A DNA stretch of 64,000 nt, from the NCBI GenBank assembly GCA_973895155.1, contig OZ316897.1, forward strand, positions 10,253,832 to 10,317,831, in the 5' to 3' direction. A program made the translations under genes and the position numbers. A model generated the notes under the pieces. That model saw only the letters and a list, made by a program, of their open reading frames with translations. It had not been told where the DNA came from and did not search any database. This DNA is from Marsupella aquatica (Eukaryota; Plantae; Marchantiophyta). Shown here in pieces: positions 51,137-64,000 of this stretch (within the stretch, counting starts at the first letter, position 1; every line of letters begins with the position of its first letter).

Positions 51137-54100
51137 AGCCGGGGGTATGCCCTGTGCACGTCATCTAGGAGAGCAGATGATGTGTGGATTCTTGATTGTG
51201 CTTGCTCTTTTCATATTTGTTACATTCGTGAGTTTTTCAGTTCTTACTCTATTTCAAACGGTTCAGTTCTGATGGGAAATGATCACTCCTGTCAAATTGA
51301 GGGAATTGGGTCTGTGAAGATTCAAATGTTTGATGGGGCTGTGCGCATAGTGTCCGGAGTCAGGTATGTACCTGGCATGCGTAAGAATCTGATTTCACTC
51401 GGTGTGTTGGATTCAAATGGTCATCAATGGAGCGTTATTGATGGTGAACTTCAAGTTAGGTCGGGAGAGACAGTGATTTTGAAGGGGAGTAGACAAAAGA
51501 ATTTGTATGTGTTACAGGGCAATACTGTATGTGAAGAGGCCAATGTAACCAAGTCTCACGAGGAGATGACTCAACTGTGGCATTCACGGCTAGGCCACAT
51601 GAGTGAGAAGGGTTTGGCTATCTTACGGAAGAATGGACTCATTTCTGATTTGCAATCTTGTAAATTAAAGTTTTGTGAGCATTGCATTCTTGGAAAGCAG
51701 CATCGTCGTGCTTTTGGTGTTGGAACTCATCGTTCCAAAGCGGTTCTTGAGTACATACATAGTGACGTGTGGGGTCCATCCCCGACTCCCTCACACTCTG
51801 GAAAGTTGTACTATGTATCATTTATTGATGATTACTCAAGATTTGTGTGGATTTATTTCATGACGCATAAGTCTGATGTCTTGTCCATTTTTAAGAAGTG
51901 GAAGGCCCAGGTGGAGAATCAGACTGGAAACACGATCAAGTGTTTCGATACAAGGGTGAAGAGTCTGAGGTCAGACAACGGCGGGGAGTACACTTCAATG
52001 GAATTTGAAGAGTACTGTTCAGAACAGGGGATAACTCGCCATCTCACCATAGTTTATACTCCGCAGCAGAATGGTATCGTTGAGAGGCTCAATCGGACAC
52101 TGTTGGAGCGGTCACGGAGTATGTTGAGCCAATCAGGTTTACCACAAGAATTTTGGGCAGAAGCTGTCAATACCGCAGCTTATTTGGTAAATCTTTCTCC
52201 TTCTAGTGCTATCAATTTCAAAACGCCGTTTGAGATGCGCTATAAGCGGCAAGCAGACTATCATGGCTTGGTAATTTTTGGAAGTGATGCATATGCTCTC
52301 ACACCAAAGCAGAATAGGACCAAGTTGGATCCTACCTCCAGGAAATGTGTTTTTCTTGGGTACCAGAGTGGTGTGAAAGCCTATAGGCTATGGGATCCTA
52401 TTGCCTGTAAGCTCGTTGTCAGTAGGGATGTTTCCTTCAATGAATCCAGATTATTGAAGGAGGGGGAGAATACTCAGGTCTCCCGTACTGACAAAAGAAA
52501 ATCTCCTATCCCGGATCTCGTTGAGGGGGAGATTGGTTATGAGGTGCATGACCGGAGAGAAGGAGTTGCTCCAATTATGGAGCTGGTTCCTGTGCCAGAG
52601 GAACCAGAGGAGTTTGTTGATGCTGGTGAGCAGCAAGTGGATGCTGTTGAGCTTCAAATTGTACCAGCACACGCAGATCAACCGGAGTCATCGGCTAGAA
52701 GAACATCTGGTCGCACTGTACGCGCTCCATCAAGGTATGGACAGTGGGTTGATTCATCTCAACTGCAAGAGGATGATTTTACAGCTGATGATGAGGGTGA
52801 TGCGTTAATTTTGGAAGAAGGAGAACCTTCTTCATTTCATGAGGCAAGTGCTTCAAAGGAGAAGCAAAAGTGGACTGCAGCAATGCAAACAGAGATGCAG
52901 TCACTAAAGGACAACAAAACTTGGGAGCTTGTTAAGCTGCCTAAGGGTCAGCAAGTGGTGGACAGCAAGTGGATTTACAAGCTGAAGGATAATTCCATAG
53001 GAGGTGGATCGAAGGTCTACAAGGCTAGATTGGTAGCAAAGGGATTCACACAAGAGAAAGGTGTGGATTACAATGAGGTCTTCTCACCAGTTGCTAAGTA
53101 CTCTACAATACGACTATTGTGTGTACTTGTTGTAATGTTTGGTCTGCTCCTAGATCAGATGGATGTTGTCACAGCTTTCCTCTATGGCACATTGGAAGAG
53201 GTGATCTTCATGAGACAACCGCTAGGTTTTGTGAAGAGAGGACAGGAGGAATTGGTTTGCAGATTGCTGAAATCCTTGTATGGGTTGAAGCAGTCACCAA
53301 GACAGTGGAACAAGCGGTTTGACGATTGGATTCGGTCACAAGGTTTTCACAGAAGTGTATTTGACCCTTGTGTGTATTTGAAACCGGTGAAGAATGTTGT
53401 CTTTGGGTTCATTGTTTTAGTACTTTATGTGGATGACATGCTAATTGCAGCCAAGGATAGGTCTGAGATTGTTAAGCTCAAGGCACTGCTTAGTGCAGAG
53501 TTTAAGATGAAGGACTTAGGGCCAGCTAAGAGGATTTTGGGTATGGAGATCACTAGGGACTTGGAGGCTGGCAAGCTATGGTTGACGCAGAGCAGTTATG
53601 CGAGGAAGGTAATTGCAAGGTTCAACATGGAGAATAGCAAGCCAGTAAGTACCCCGTTGGCTCCACACTTCAAGTTATCATCAGCGTTCTGTCCTACGGA
53701 TGACACAGAGAAGGGGTTGATGTCAAAGGTTCCATATGACAAGGCAGTGGGGAGTCTCATGTATTTGATGACTTGCACTAGACCTGATCTTGCCATGGCT
53801 ATGGGCAAGGTGAGCAGGTACATGTCGAATCCAGGGAAGGTACACTGGGAAGCAGTGAAGTGGATTATCAGGTACTTGAAGGGTACCGTGGATCATGGTC
53901 TTTTATTTGATGCGAATGCAAAGAATGCTAGATCATTGATTGGCTATGTAGATTCTGACTATGGACAAGATTTGGACCGAAGGAGATCAACAACAGGATA
54001 CGTGTTCACACTTGGCGGTGGATGCATAAGTTGGAGGTCTACTTTGCAGAAGTGTATTGCTCAGTCTACTACAGAAGCGGAGTATGTTGCAGCTGCGGAA

Positions 54101-54409
54101 GCAGCAAAGGAAGCGATTTGGTTGGATAGACTTATCACTGAAATGGGATTGCCACAGGGGAATGTGAAGCTCCATTGTGATAGTCAAAGTGCGCTCCACC
54201 TTGCTGTGAACCAGGTGATGGACAGCAGAGTGAAGCACATTGACGTCAGGTACCATTTTATCAGGCAGGCTGTGTCTGATAAATTGTTTGAGCTAGTCAA
54301 GATTGATGGTAAACTCAACCCGGCTGACGCATTTACCAAAGTGATTCCTTTGGAGAGTTTCTCTAGACACCGTGACGTATTGCAGGTTTTGCAATTGCAT
54401 CACAAGTAG
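51137..54409 (+). CDS. pol: Copia Pol, unit 2
   Basis: Translation identical to unit 1 except V>I (G45883 versus A51251). Confidence 0.93.
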   Translation, partial: SRGYALCTSSRRADDVWILDCACSFHICYIREFFSSYSISNGSVLMGNDHSCQIEGIGSVKIQMFDGAVRIVSGVRYVPGMRKNLISLGVLDSNGHQWSVIDGELQVRSGETVILKGSRQKNLYVLQGNTVCEEANVTKSHEEMTQLWHSRLGHMSEKGLAILRKNGLISDLQSCKLKFCEHCILGKQHRRAFGVGTHRSKAVLEYIHSDVWGPSPTPSHSGKLYYVSFIDDYSRFVWIYFMTHKSDVLSIFKKWKAQVENQTGNTIKCFDTRVKSLRSDNGGEYTSMEFEEYCSEQGITRHLTIVYTPQQNGIVERLNRTLLERSRSMLSQSGLPQEFWAEAVNTAAYLVNLSPSSAINFKTPFEMRYKRQADYHGLVIFGSDAYALTPKQNRTKLDPTSRKCVFLGYQSGVKAYRLWDPIACKLVVSRDVSFNESRLLKEGENTQVSRTDKRKSPIPDLVEGEIGYEVHDRREGVAPIMELVPVPEEPEEFVDAGEQQVDAVELQIVPAHADQPESSARRTSGRTVRAPSRYGQWVDSSQLQEDDFTADDEGDALILEEGEPSSFHEASASKEKQKWTAAMQTEMQSLKDNKTWELVKLPKGQQVVDSKWIYKLKDNSIGGGSKVYKARLVAKGFTQEKGVDYNEVFSPVAKYSTIRLLCVLVVMFGLLLDQMDVVTAFLYGTLEEVIFMRQPLGFVKRGQEELVCRLLKSLYGLKQSPRQWNKRFDDWIRSQGFHRSVFDPCVYLKPVKNVVFGFIVLVLYVDDMLIAAKDRSEIVKLKALLSAEFKMKDLGPAKRILGMEITRDLEAGKLWLTQSSYARKVIARFNMENSKPVSTPLAPHFKLSSAFCPTDDTEKGLMSKVPYDKAVGSLMYLMTCTRPDLAMAMGKVSRYMSNPGKVHWEAVKWIIRYLKGTVDHGLLFDANAKNARSLIGYVDSDYGQDLDRRRSTTGYVFTLGGGCISWRSTLQKCIAQSTTEAEYVAAAEAAKEAIWLDRLITEMGLPQGNVKLHCDSQSALHLAVNQVMDSRVKHIDVRYHFIRQAVSDKLFELVKIDGKLNPADAFTKVIPLESFSRHRDVLQVLQLHHK

Positions 54410-54600
54410 AGTTTTCTTAAACATTCATTGTAATTACTGATATATGCTCTTCCTCATTCCTATGTATTAGGCTACGGCTTAGTTCTGGTTTGCTCTAGTT
54501 AGAGAGGGAAACCGGTTTGGTTTCTGTCCAGAACTTCCCGCTGAGGGATCATATACATTGGCAGTATTACTCTCCCCTAGACCAGAGTCAAGGGGAAGAT

Positions 54601-55075
54601 TGTTGGGTATTTACTCTTACGTCTAGGTTAGGTATGACGTGGTTGGTACAACAACGTGGGTTGGTACAACTACGTGGTTAGGTACAACTACGTGATTAGG
54701 TACAACTATGTGGTTAGGTACAACTACGTGATTAGGTACAACTATGTGGTTAGGTACAACTACGTGATTAGGTACAACTATGTGGTTAGGTACAACTATG
54801 TGGTTAGGTACAACTAAGTTGCACACTATATCATAAGAGGCATGTGTGCTTGGAGAGGTAGAACCAAGGCTCATTGTTATGGAGCCACTTGAGAGATAGG
54901 GAGAGCTTACACTGTGGAGACTCGGTATAGCCGACGGGCTTAGAGTTCAGTAAAGCTCTCTTGTGTGTTCCCGTGGACGTAGCCTCAAGGAGGTGAACCA
55001 CGTATCTCTTGTGTCGACTATTGTGCGTTGGATGGTTCATGGGCTTGCCGTTGCGATCGTCGTCTATGCTCAACA
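54601..55075 (+). repeat. LTR 3
   Basis: Same sequence as LTR1. Followed by CATTC. Confidence 0.95.
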
Positions 55076-57932
55076 CATTCTAGGCCCACCGGCCATACCA
55101 AGACTCCACAATACAAGTTCCCCCCATCTCTCAACTGGCTCCGTAACAAGGAACCTAAGTTCCCGTTATCTAAGTAAACACTACTTTGGGATACAATGTG
55201 CAACATGACTAACCTAAACAAATCCGCGACTAAGGTTAGCCCTAACTATGGTTACAATTGTAACTATATACTTAAGAATAAATGCCTAGCATTTAGTTCT
55301 TAAACATTATTTGTTATTTGACGCTTTTCCTTTGTATAGATAAATCCATTTTTCTTGGATGTTCTTTGACATAATTGTTTTTACTTTGTGTGATGAGTAC
55401 ATTCATGAAATCATGTCATCTATCGAGCATATTCCCCAGCGTGTTCAAGCTCTATGGTAGATTATAGATCACTTGTAGTACTGTTCTTCTTTTCTCAATC
55501 AATTCTTCCTTCAATCATTCTTGTTCATGGTTTTATAGTATGGTTGACTCAACAAAGTGAAGTCAATTGTAGTGAGATCTCAAAATTGAAACCTGTATTT
55601 GAGGTCGCACTATATTCCTACTAAAATACTAAAACCTATATTTTAGCCTAAAATACTAGAACCAGATTATTGGTAATGAACAAGCAACACTATAGAGCTG
55701 GGATAGTACAGAGTATTGTAGGAGTAAGGGTGAAAGAATGGTCACTCTAGTCAAAGAGGAGGTATAGAAGAAGATTCATTCAATCTTCATGTGACCAAAG
55801 CACTGACAACCTTGGATGCTTATGTGATTGATTAATAGTTACAAGGTCCTAGTGATCTTCCTTCCAAACCAAGCTTGATCTGTCTTCATTACAAACTTTT
55901 TTTCTCGTATATGTTTTCTAAGTTTCCATGGAAGTCTCAAAATCTATGCTTTGGAAGATTACCTTGTATCTATATAGCACTTTCCTTTCATAAATGCTAA
56001 ACCTTTTCTCGTATCTAAAGGTGTTTAGTAGCACTTTCCTTGCATCAATCTCACCTGTTTGGTCCAGGGGGAGTCTCAAGATTGAATTTTATGGTCCATC
56101 CAAGCATCAAAATCAGAAACCAAATGATGAAGAAGAAACAAACAGAAAAAATATAGAAACAAAGAAGGAAGTAAGCCATGGAGATGATACATCAGATGTT
56201 ACAGCCCATCCAAGCATCAACCTCAGACACAAACATATGTATATCACATTATCAAAGAACAACAGTTCCAAACCTGGAGACAAGATTCCTAATGGGGAAG
56301 GTCTAATAAAGAGGAAAAAACAATGAAAAACCTAGGGAAGACTGCAAAGCCCTGAAGTCCCACACAACAACAAAATAACTAAAGCCCTACCACCAAAGCC
56401 AAAATTAGTCACACACAATAGCAGAAACTAAAACCCTACTCAACAATAAACTGAATAGGCTAGTAAAGCCTATGAATGAATGACCACAAAAAGAAAAGAA
56501 ACAAGGAATGAAATGACCTACTGAATGACCTAATGATGACACTAGCTTCACTCCGGTGAAACTGGAATGGGGAGTGAGAGTGATAAGTTTGAGAGGATTG
56601 CAATGTGAGGCATAAGAATGAAGGTCTCAGGCCGTTATACACAGCATTTTACACTTTTCTAAGTGTGAACTTTGTTCCTTGTGAATGTATAGTTTCATCA
56701 TGTTTTCAAGGTTATGTATCTCAAGGGCTGGAAAGTTTGCTACCCTTGCCCTTGGTTATCCATCACATATGCACTCAGACCTACATACGGAGGAGGTCGA
56801 GGCATAAAAATCTCAGTCAATGTTGGAATGTCACCCCTTCACTTGAGGGCCACAAATTAGAAGTACTGTCCACATGCTACAACCATTCAGGCTCGATTCC
56901 AGTATCTAAACAACGGCTGTTGGAGAGGGTAAGATTAAGTGTGGGTCTTGCCTTGTGCGTATGAATGAAACAATCCAAAGGAAACCACCCTACTACTTAG
57001 TTTTTTTTTTTGTCCTGAACTGAAATGGGGAGGAAATACAATTAGACTCTCCCCACCCCAATGTGACACTTTTTCTGTAGGGAACCCAGACCAGGGTGAG
57101 CCTAAGCCCCAACGGATCTGACAGGGACCCACACCAGGAAAGAGAGAGGATTAAATCAGGGCCACAAAATGGGCAACCAGGTCCGAGTAGATAATCAGAA
57201 CTCCAATGCACTATGCACAAAACCCATCCCACCCACACACATAAACCCTCCACACCCCGGTGTGTGGAGGGGGAATTGAACTTGGGCTAATCCCTAGCCA
57301 ATTGACCTAAGCCAATTGGTTTAGGGTACTACTTAATTCTGAGCCCCCCCTAACTCTGAAAGAAACCACAGTACTACGTATTCTGAGTACCACGTATTTT
57401 GAGTACCACGTAATTATGAATTCTACGTATTTCTCAGTACGTAGAACACCTACGGGGCTCTCTACGGCCTTCCCCATGCCTGGGCTCCCTCCCGTTACCC
57501 TTTTTACTCGTTAGAGGCAGTGCAAGGCAACAGGAGAGCGGAGACGAGAGGAGACGAGAGGAGTCGAGAGGAGTCATCGGAGGAGACATCAGATTCGCGA
57601 TTGAATGAGCAAATCTCATTCGGAGTGCCTATCGCGGATGTCGAATCCTGCACGATTAGCGTGGGAGTGCACTCGCGACTGTTCGGTCGCAGATGTGCGC
57701 TCATCCGAGTCGTGGACGGATTGAAGAAGCTGCCTGAGAGGAGGATTCGTCGAGGCGGGAAAATTGAGAAACGGAGGTTCTCTGTGGCGACGTGCGTTTC
57801 GGGAGAGAGAGAGAGAGTGAGTGAGGTTTTAGGGGTCGGGATGATGGGACGAGGATTACCGTAGTACGAGGAACGGGAGATTGTTGAGCCTTGCCCCTGT
57901 TCGGGCTGAGAGGCGAGGAGGGAGTAGGAATT

Positions 57933-60900
57933 ATGGCGGCATTTGTGTCGGATGAGGAGCTGAAGCTGAAACCCGGGGACGAGGTCGTGGTTTATGTCCA
58001 CGAACTGAGGCTTCAGGTGGAAACTCACAAAGCTCGGGCAGATGCTGCGGTAATTAATGCCGAGCAGGCGTGCTCGCTCATCGAGCAGAAGTTCTTGTCC
58101 CTCACGGAGCAGTTCGGGCAGCTGGAAAATGAAAAGCAGCAGAGTATGGCCACTCTGGAGCGCCGAGCCGGCGAGCTGGCGCAAGCTCAGGGCAAGATTC
58201 ACAAGCTCGAGCTGGATGCTGTAAGTAATCATTGTGTCACTGGAATATTTCCCAACAAAATTTTATTGACCGGAATTTCTTTGTTTTTTTGATTTTTTGG
58301 CTCATGGGCGCCAGTATTGTTTCAAAGAATGCCACCAAAATCTCGATCCTGGGACTGAGTGGGACTAAATCGCTGAGTTCTTCCTTGGATTTTGATGTCT
58401 GTAACTTGTGGGAAAAGGTTTGTTTGAACTGTGCTCATTCACATTGACTCAATCCGATTTCAGCAGCATTTCAGAATGTACTGTCTGAGGTTTTCCTTGT
58501 TCTTTCAGAAAATGTTCATGAACTTGAATTTCCGAGCATGCATTCGGTAGCAGAACGTGGAACATAGAAACTGTACTTAGCGGCTTCTCTGAAAGGACGA
58601 TCTTATACCCCTGGATTCTTGTCTTCGTGACAATCTTGGCAGATCAAACACCACAGTGAGTTGGAGCGGGTATCTTTTGAGCTTGGTGAAGTGCGCAAAT
58701 CTAAACGTGACCTTTTGGAACTAGTGGACCAGAAGAATGCGGAACTGGACGAGAAGAATGCGTCCATCAAGTCATATCTGGAGAAAATTGTGAGTTTCGT
58801 TGATCTGTGGTAATCATTTCAGCTTCTTGCAAGGTGGCAATTGACTTTATTATCATCTGGGAAAATCTTAAAATGGCTAGCATCCTTCAGAGGCACCGAG
58901 GATGCCACAACTTGTTGAAGTGATTCTTCGAGCTGTTTTTTCTGTATATGGAAGCTCTATTATGAAGTGGGTAGTCCCTTGCCCCCGAAGTCAAGTGTTC
59001 CTTCTTTATGCATGGTTTATACCTAATGAAATAATTCATCCTCTGTATTTGAGGAGTTCCAAAACTCAACAATATTTCGACGGTTTTATTTTAATTATTG
59101 CATCCGAATGACCTGTTTGTACTCGCTGGGCGTATGTTAAGGGTTATTGCTGAAATTCAGGCAATTCAGGCAATGACCCAGTTCTGTATGTCTTCTCCGT
59201 CAAATCAGCCTCCTTGGTCACTCTCTGTGCAGGGTCACTTGAACTTTGAAGGGAACTTGAAAGGAAAGTATTAGTCCCAAGGTCTACGACGTCCTACTTG
59301 ATCGCTTGACAGATCAGTGGGCTTCGTCTTATACGTCTGCTACATAGTCGTCAGTATCATAATGGTTTATCAAAGCTGCTTGCTTGTATCACCTCCACGT
59401 TAGGGTTTAGTGTTGGTAGAGTGGTTTACGCCTCTGTGCTCTCACCCTAACATGTAAAGCAGCCGAAACCAGTATGGGTTTCTGCTATTTTGGCTTTCAA
59501 TTTAGAAGTCACCCGTGTTCAACATAAGGAAATTCACAAACCAGGGGTAGATCGCGTGTGTGCTTATGCAGTGTGTGTGATCATCGGGATTGTGGTTGCT
59601 CTACGAAATCGTATATGGATCGGAATTGTGATAATATTGATGGTAAAGAATCTTAGTGATGTAGCCCTTTGACCTCGCCCCTACATGTCGTTCATGGGAA
59701 ACGGTAGAAATGCCATAGGTTGGTATGCCTTAGTTATGTGACACAGTTCAAAGGCAATTTTTCGTACCAATTAAGTCTTGGGAATTTGCAGTTGTTGGAA
59801 AATTTCCGGAAATGCCCAGGGCAGCTGATGTGTGGCTTCTTGTTCAATGTGCTTGGTGGTTAGGTAACCGCTAGATAGTCCTCGTCGTGCTGAGTCTTTA
59901 CTCGAAATTGTGCGAGGATTTTATGCCTGACAGTAAGGCTTTTTGATGAGGAACGATGTTTTGCAGGTTAATTTGACAGATGAACGAAGTGTTCTCGAAG
60001 GTAAAGTTCGGGAGCATGATGCAGACTTAGTTCGGTCCCATTCCATCCAAACACGACTGCAACAAGTAAGATTCTTATGTCTTTTCTGGATAGATCCATT
60101 GTTTCCCGGTTCTGATGCGTTAAAGGGCTTCTAGCACCATGCCAATACTTCAGTCTAAGTTGACTGTCTTGACTTGTAGTTTGTTATCGGTAAACATACT
60201 GGTGCTCCCTGCCCTTCACCCTTGGTCGAGTCAGCTCAAGTAAAGAACAAGAAAGTTTCATTGCAGAGTAACTGGGTCATTTGAGATCGATTGCACAGTT
60301 TTAGCCACGCAATTGGAAGTATTAACCTTTGGCACATAAGGGTAAAGGTTTTAGGAGCACTATCGAGAAAGGATATGCACCTCTGAAGTAATGTGTCCGC
60401 CTGTATCTCTTCAGGAGAAAGAGCTTCTGGAACAGCATAACTCTTGGTTGAACGAGGAGTTGACTGCTAAAGTAAAAGGATTGATGGACGAACGCCACTC
60501 CAGTGCTGAACTTGAGGCTGATCTGCAATCAAAGCTAAAACAGGTGCACTTCAATGCTAAGGGGATCTGTTTTTGACCACCAGTCCGTGTGAAGTGGCCA
60601 GACTTGGCAGTGAAAATAATTTTCTTGGATGGGTGATCGAAAGCTGTAAGGATTTTTCAAATGTTGACAAGTAGGTGACAATGTTTACAATTAAATATGA
60701 AGTTTTTTAACCCATCTTGTCACTGACATTCTCTCTTCGACGGACAATCCTGATAGTGACTTTTCTGCAAACCGATCAGCAATTATAATACAGACAGTTG
60801 GCACGCATTTTCAGTGGCCTTCTGTCAACCGTCATCTGCGTGGGTGCAGCAGTCGTATAATACTTCTATTTTCTTCTGCAGGCTGAGAGGAAATGCAAGG

Positions 60901-63900
60901 AGGCTACTGAGGCACTTCATAGGAGCAAAGAGCGTATTGGAGATTTGGAATCTAAGCTTTCGCAGACCAGAGAGGTGAAGCTATGGGCCTCCCCTTTGGA
61001 GATTTATAGCCTGTCATGGGACAAATGATTGATTTAAGTCCCATCTACACAATGTCATAATAATGGATTCTTTCTTGGACTATTTTGGGCTGATGTATCT
61101 CACGGCAACGAAGAGGAAGAGCCAAAATTTCTGCATTTCCATGTTGCGACACTCTCGAAGAGCTGTACTCACTTCAGATTCAAATGCTTGCAAGTGGTGA
61201 AGTGTGTCCTTTGAAAGCTGATGACTGGTGATTGATGCTCAAGTGCTAATGCCCCGAGCAGGAACTAAGATTTACAAAGGAGCAGGCTGTCCTTCAAGAA
61301 GATCACTTGACGGCTGAAGTTGCTACAGTATGAAATCGACACCTCTTTTACTATCACTCCCGGTTGAAGTTTAGCTACGGGTATCTTGATAAGTTTCCAT
61401 GCAAAACGTTTTCCCTGTTCGTCTCAGGTGAAATCGTCGAGTCACTCATCCCGATTTAGAGCCTTCGGACAGGAACTTCAATATTGTTAACATCTTCCAC
61501 ACTGAATGGTTTCTGATGATGATTCTACAGGCCACTAAGCTCGCAGACTTATACAAACAGAGCTCTGATGACTGGTCAAACAAGTCCAACGAATTGGAGG
61601 GAGTCGTCAAGGCAATTGAGGTAACCTGCCAGAGGGACTAGTCTTATGTTGCAAAAGTGCATATTGCTAGCGATAGAACTATCTTGCGTTGGGAAAGGAG
61701 AACGTTTCATGAAGTATAAGGGTACCAGAATGGAGCGTCAGTTCATGTAGCCCCCATTATTCTTTGTGACTCTTACTACCGTGCAGGATGGTTTCTGACA
61801 AAACATTGTTTGTCTCCGATAGACTCATTTGAACCAAGTAGAATCTGACTATCGAGAGAAGCTTGATAAAGAGATCCACGCCCGAGAAGCTGCTGTGAAG
61901 GTGGGCTGACAAGAATTTGAGTTAATTTTACTTCTGAACAAAATCTCAAAGTAGGTCTACTTGAAGAGCATGTTAGGGAGAATTTTGTGATTTTCTGATG
62001 CCTTCCTGATGCCTTTGCGTTGGACTGTTTCCTGGCTACGGAGAAGTTTCTAGTTTAATTAAATCAGCTGCAGTGTTTTCTTAAAGATGTGTTTGTCGCT
62101 TCAGGAGGCGTCTGATTTAAAGGAGAAGTTAGACAAGGTCCTTTTGGACAGAAACACTGTGTCGGAGACGAATGCAGATAATTTTGCACTTCCTAGCCCG
62201 CCCAAGAGAATTTCTTCAGAATTAATGTACACTCCGCTCCCTTCCGAGGTTTATAGTCAAGATTTTCTGTCGTAGATTCTCTTGCTTCAGATTTTTTGTT
62301 TTCTCAATTTTGGCCACATATGAATTTTGATTACCTGGAATTGAAAACTTTTGGATAACTTGTGTGTAGGGACGGACATCTTGCAATAGAGTTGCATGGT
62401 GAAGGATCGATATTACCCTCAGTTGCGATAGGGATATCAGGGACAGCTCTTGCTGCAGCTCTTTTACGAGATGGCTGGAGTGTGAGTGCTCCTAGGTTTT
62501 GGGAAACTTTGCCGAATAAATAATTTAGACTCTTGCTTAGCTAAGGGAAATTTATATATGTTAACAGTAACTCATTGCTATCGACGTTCTAAGTTTGGAT
62601 CCTGCATGCAGTTATCAACTATGTACTCCAAATATCATGAGGCAGTGGATGCATGGCGGCATGAAAGACATGAACGGAAAAACGCGCAGACTGTACTTGA
62701 TCGGGTGAGTATGAAAGATTTGCGTTGCTAAAACAAGGGTCATTTGGATGCACGTAAGTCCGTTAGAATCTAATTAATGTCAGTCTTTTTTATGGATTCC
62801 AGGTTTTTATTGTGGTTTTGGACGGAGAAGAATGACTCTAAATTCGGAGCTGTCTTTTCCTGTGATCTGTAGGTACTTTATGAAATAGAGCGAAAGGCCG
62901 AACTTATTCTAGACGAGCGAGGTGAGCTATCTGGATTCCACTTTCTCTAGATACATTTGGAACAAATGAAATTTTTGTGTGGTGTACTGATAGCTGCTGG
63001 TTTGGGATGTGAGTAGCTGAGCATCAGAGGATGATTGAAGCCTACCGTAAAATGGAGGCGAAGCTCCACGACTCCATGCAAGACCAAAATTTCATGGATA
63101 GCTCCATCAAAGACTTGAAGGTGTGTGAGTTAAGTCCATTTCAAGCTGGTGACGTACTCTACATTGCGATCGATGAATTGCCTCAGAGGAGGCAAGCTTC
63201 TCTTGGTTTTGATTTTCAACCTTACCTGAAACCTGCAGGCAGATATGAGGAAGAAGGAGAGAGAGTTGAGAGGTAGTCAAAAGGAGATATCAGATCTTCA
63301 GATCCAGGTATTAGCCATGATTTACTAAGATGTAGTCCATTGCTAGTCATTTTTAAGAAGTTGGCAGTTTCACTGGTCGCACTAAAGGTTTGTGGATGGA
63401 TTCAAGTCTGCATCACCTTTTCTATGTTTCCTTGTCTTGTGAGATGTCAAAATCTCACCTTTTGGCTCTGTCCAGGTTCTGGGACCATGTCTAGTCATAG
63501 TAAGCTATCATCACGTTCTGGTCTTTGCGGTATTTAGACGGGAATATTAGATTTGTGGCATATTCATGGGAGACCAGCTAAACTTACAGTCTGAAACATT
63601 CTTTCTGCCCCCAGGTTGCAGGCCTACTCAAAGAATGTGCAGATGTGAAGCAAAGATACGAAGCCGGAGAATGGCAACAAAATGGAGATGACGCACCAGA
63701 TTTTGCCCCTTCAGAGCCAGATACTTCCGCTGCTGATGTTGTGATATCAGAAAAGCTGGTGAGCGGGCTATGAGTGGTCTACCTGTGATTTAGTAAATTG
63801 TCATTTCCCGGTTGGATTTTAAATCAGGAGAGGGTGGTCTTAACAAGCTGAATGTGTAGATATTAGGTCTTGCCTATTGATAACGTCGTTTGTGCATGAC

Positions 63901-64000
63901 AGGTTTCCTTTAGAGACATCAGAGGGATGGTAGAGCAGAACAGTCAACTTCGGATCTTGGTGAGAGATCTTGCTCAAGAGAATGAGCAGAAAGAGATGGA
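57933..64000 (+). CDS. NUA: Nuclear pore anchor NUA/TPR (Mlp1-like coiled coil), 5' part; predicted exons 57933-58220, 58643-58789, 59967-60065, 60415-60543, 60882-60974, 61262-61327, 61531-61620, 61823-61900, 62105-62226, 62370-62481, 62612-62704, 62873-62921, 63017-63120, 63239-63307, 63615-63758, 63903-end
   Basis: Spliced GT-AG exons give MAAFVSDEEL..ARADAAVINAEQACSLIEQKFLSL..IKSYLEKI..EKELLEQHNSWLNEELTAKV..ELEGVVKAIE..SGTALAAALLRDGWSL..VLYEIERKAELILDERAEH, matching plant NUA. The exon 9 donor is the least certain. Confidence 0.9.

Larger units (their letters stand above)
43865..55075 (+). mobile_element. Ty1/copia LTR retrotransposon (Tnt1/Tork-like), tandem dimer with three LTRs
   Basis: TG...CA LTRs at 43865, 49233 and 54601 (period 5368). 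CATTC target-site duplication at 43860-43864 and 55076-55080. Domain order gag-PR-INT-RT-RH. Confidence 0.97.

Noticed and set aside
55081-57240. Older transposon into which the copia inserted
   Set aside because: AT-rich and repeat-like, but no termini or coding motifs could be identified.
57504-58232. 242-aa minus-strand ORF
   Set aside because: Antisense shadow of NUA exon 1 and its GC-rich leader, with no recognisable motif.

Overview
The window has two compartments. Bases 1 to ~38,345 are a colinear block of liverwort-type mitochondrial DNA. Gene order is rps1 (3' part)-atp8-sdh4-nad4L-trnY-trnR-tatC-cox2-cox3-nad1-cob-rtl. The block has nine group II introns at the liverwort positions (nad4Li100/283, cox2i97/250, cox3i171/625, cobi372/783/824) and two intron-encoded maturases. 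Several codons need C-to-U editing, which points to an editing liverwort rather than a complex thalloid such as Marchantia. At a G17 run in the 3' part of rtl the sequence switches to nuclear DNA. That part holds a spliceosomal-intron DUF1068 gene (minus strand), a very young Ty1/copia element arranged LTR-internal-LTR-internal-LTR inside one 5-bp target-site duplication, and the first 16 exons of NUA/TPR. The window is therefore a large recent NUMT junction or an organelle/nuclear misassembly. The most unusual item is in both copia units: gag and pol are in the same frame but separated by one TGA, and that TGA sits inside a 45-nt GTATGT...TCTAG segment whose removal would fuse them in frame. 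Other points of interest are a dispersed family of GC-rich hairpin modules in introns and in rtl, relic intron RNA at the start of rtl, probable eroded retrotransposon relics in a mitochondrial spacer, and chimeric gene-fragment duplications.
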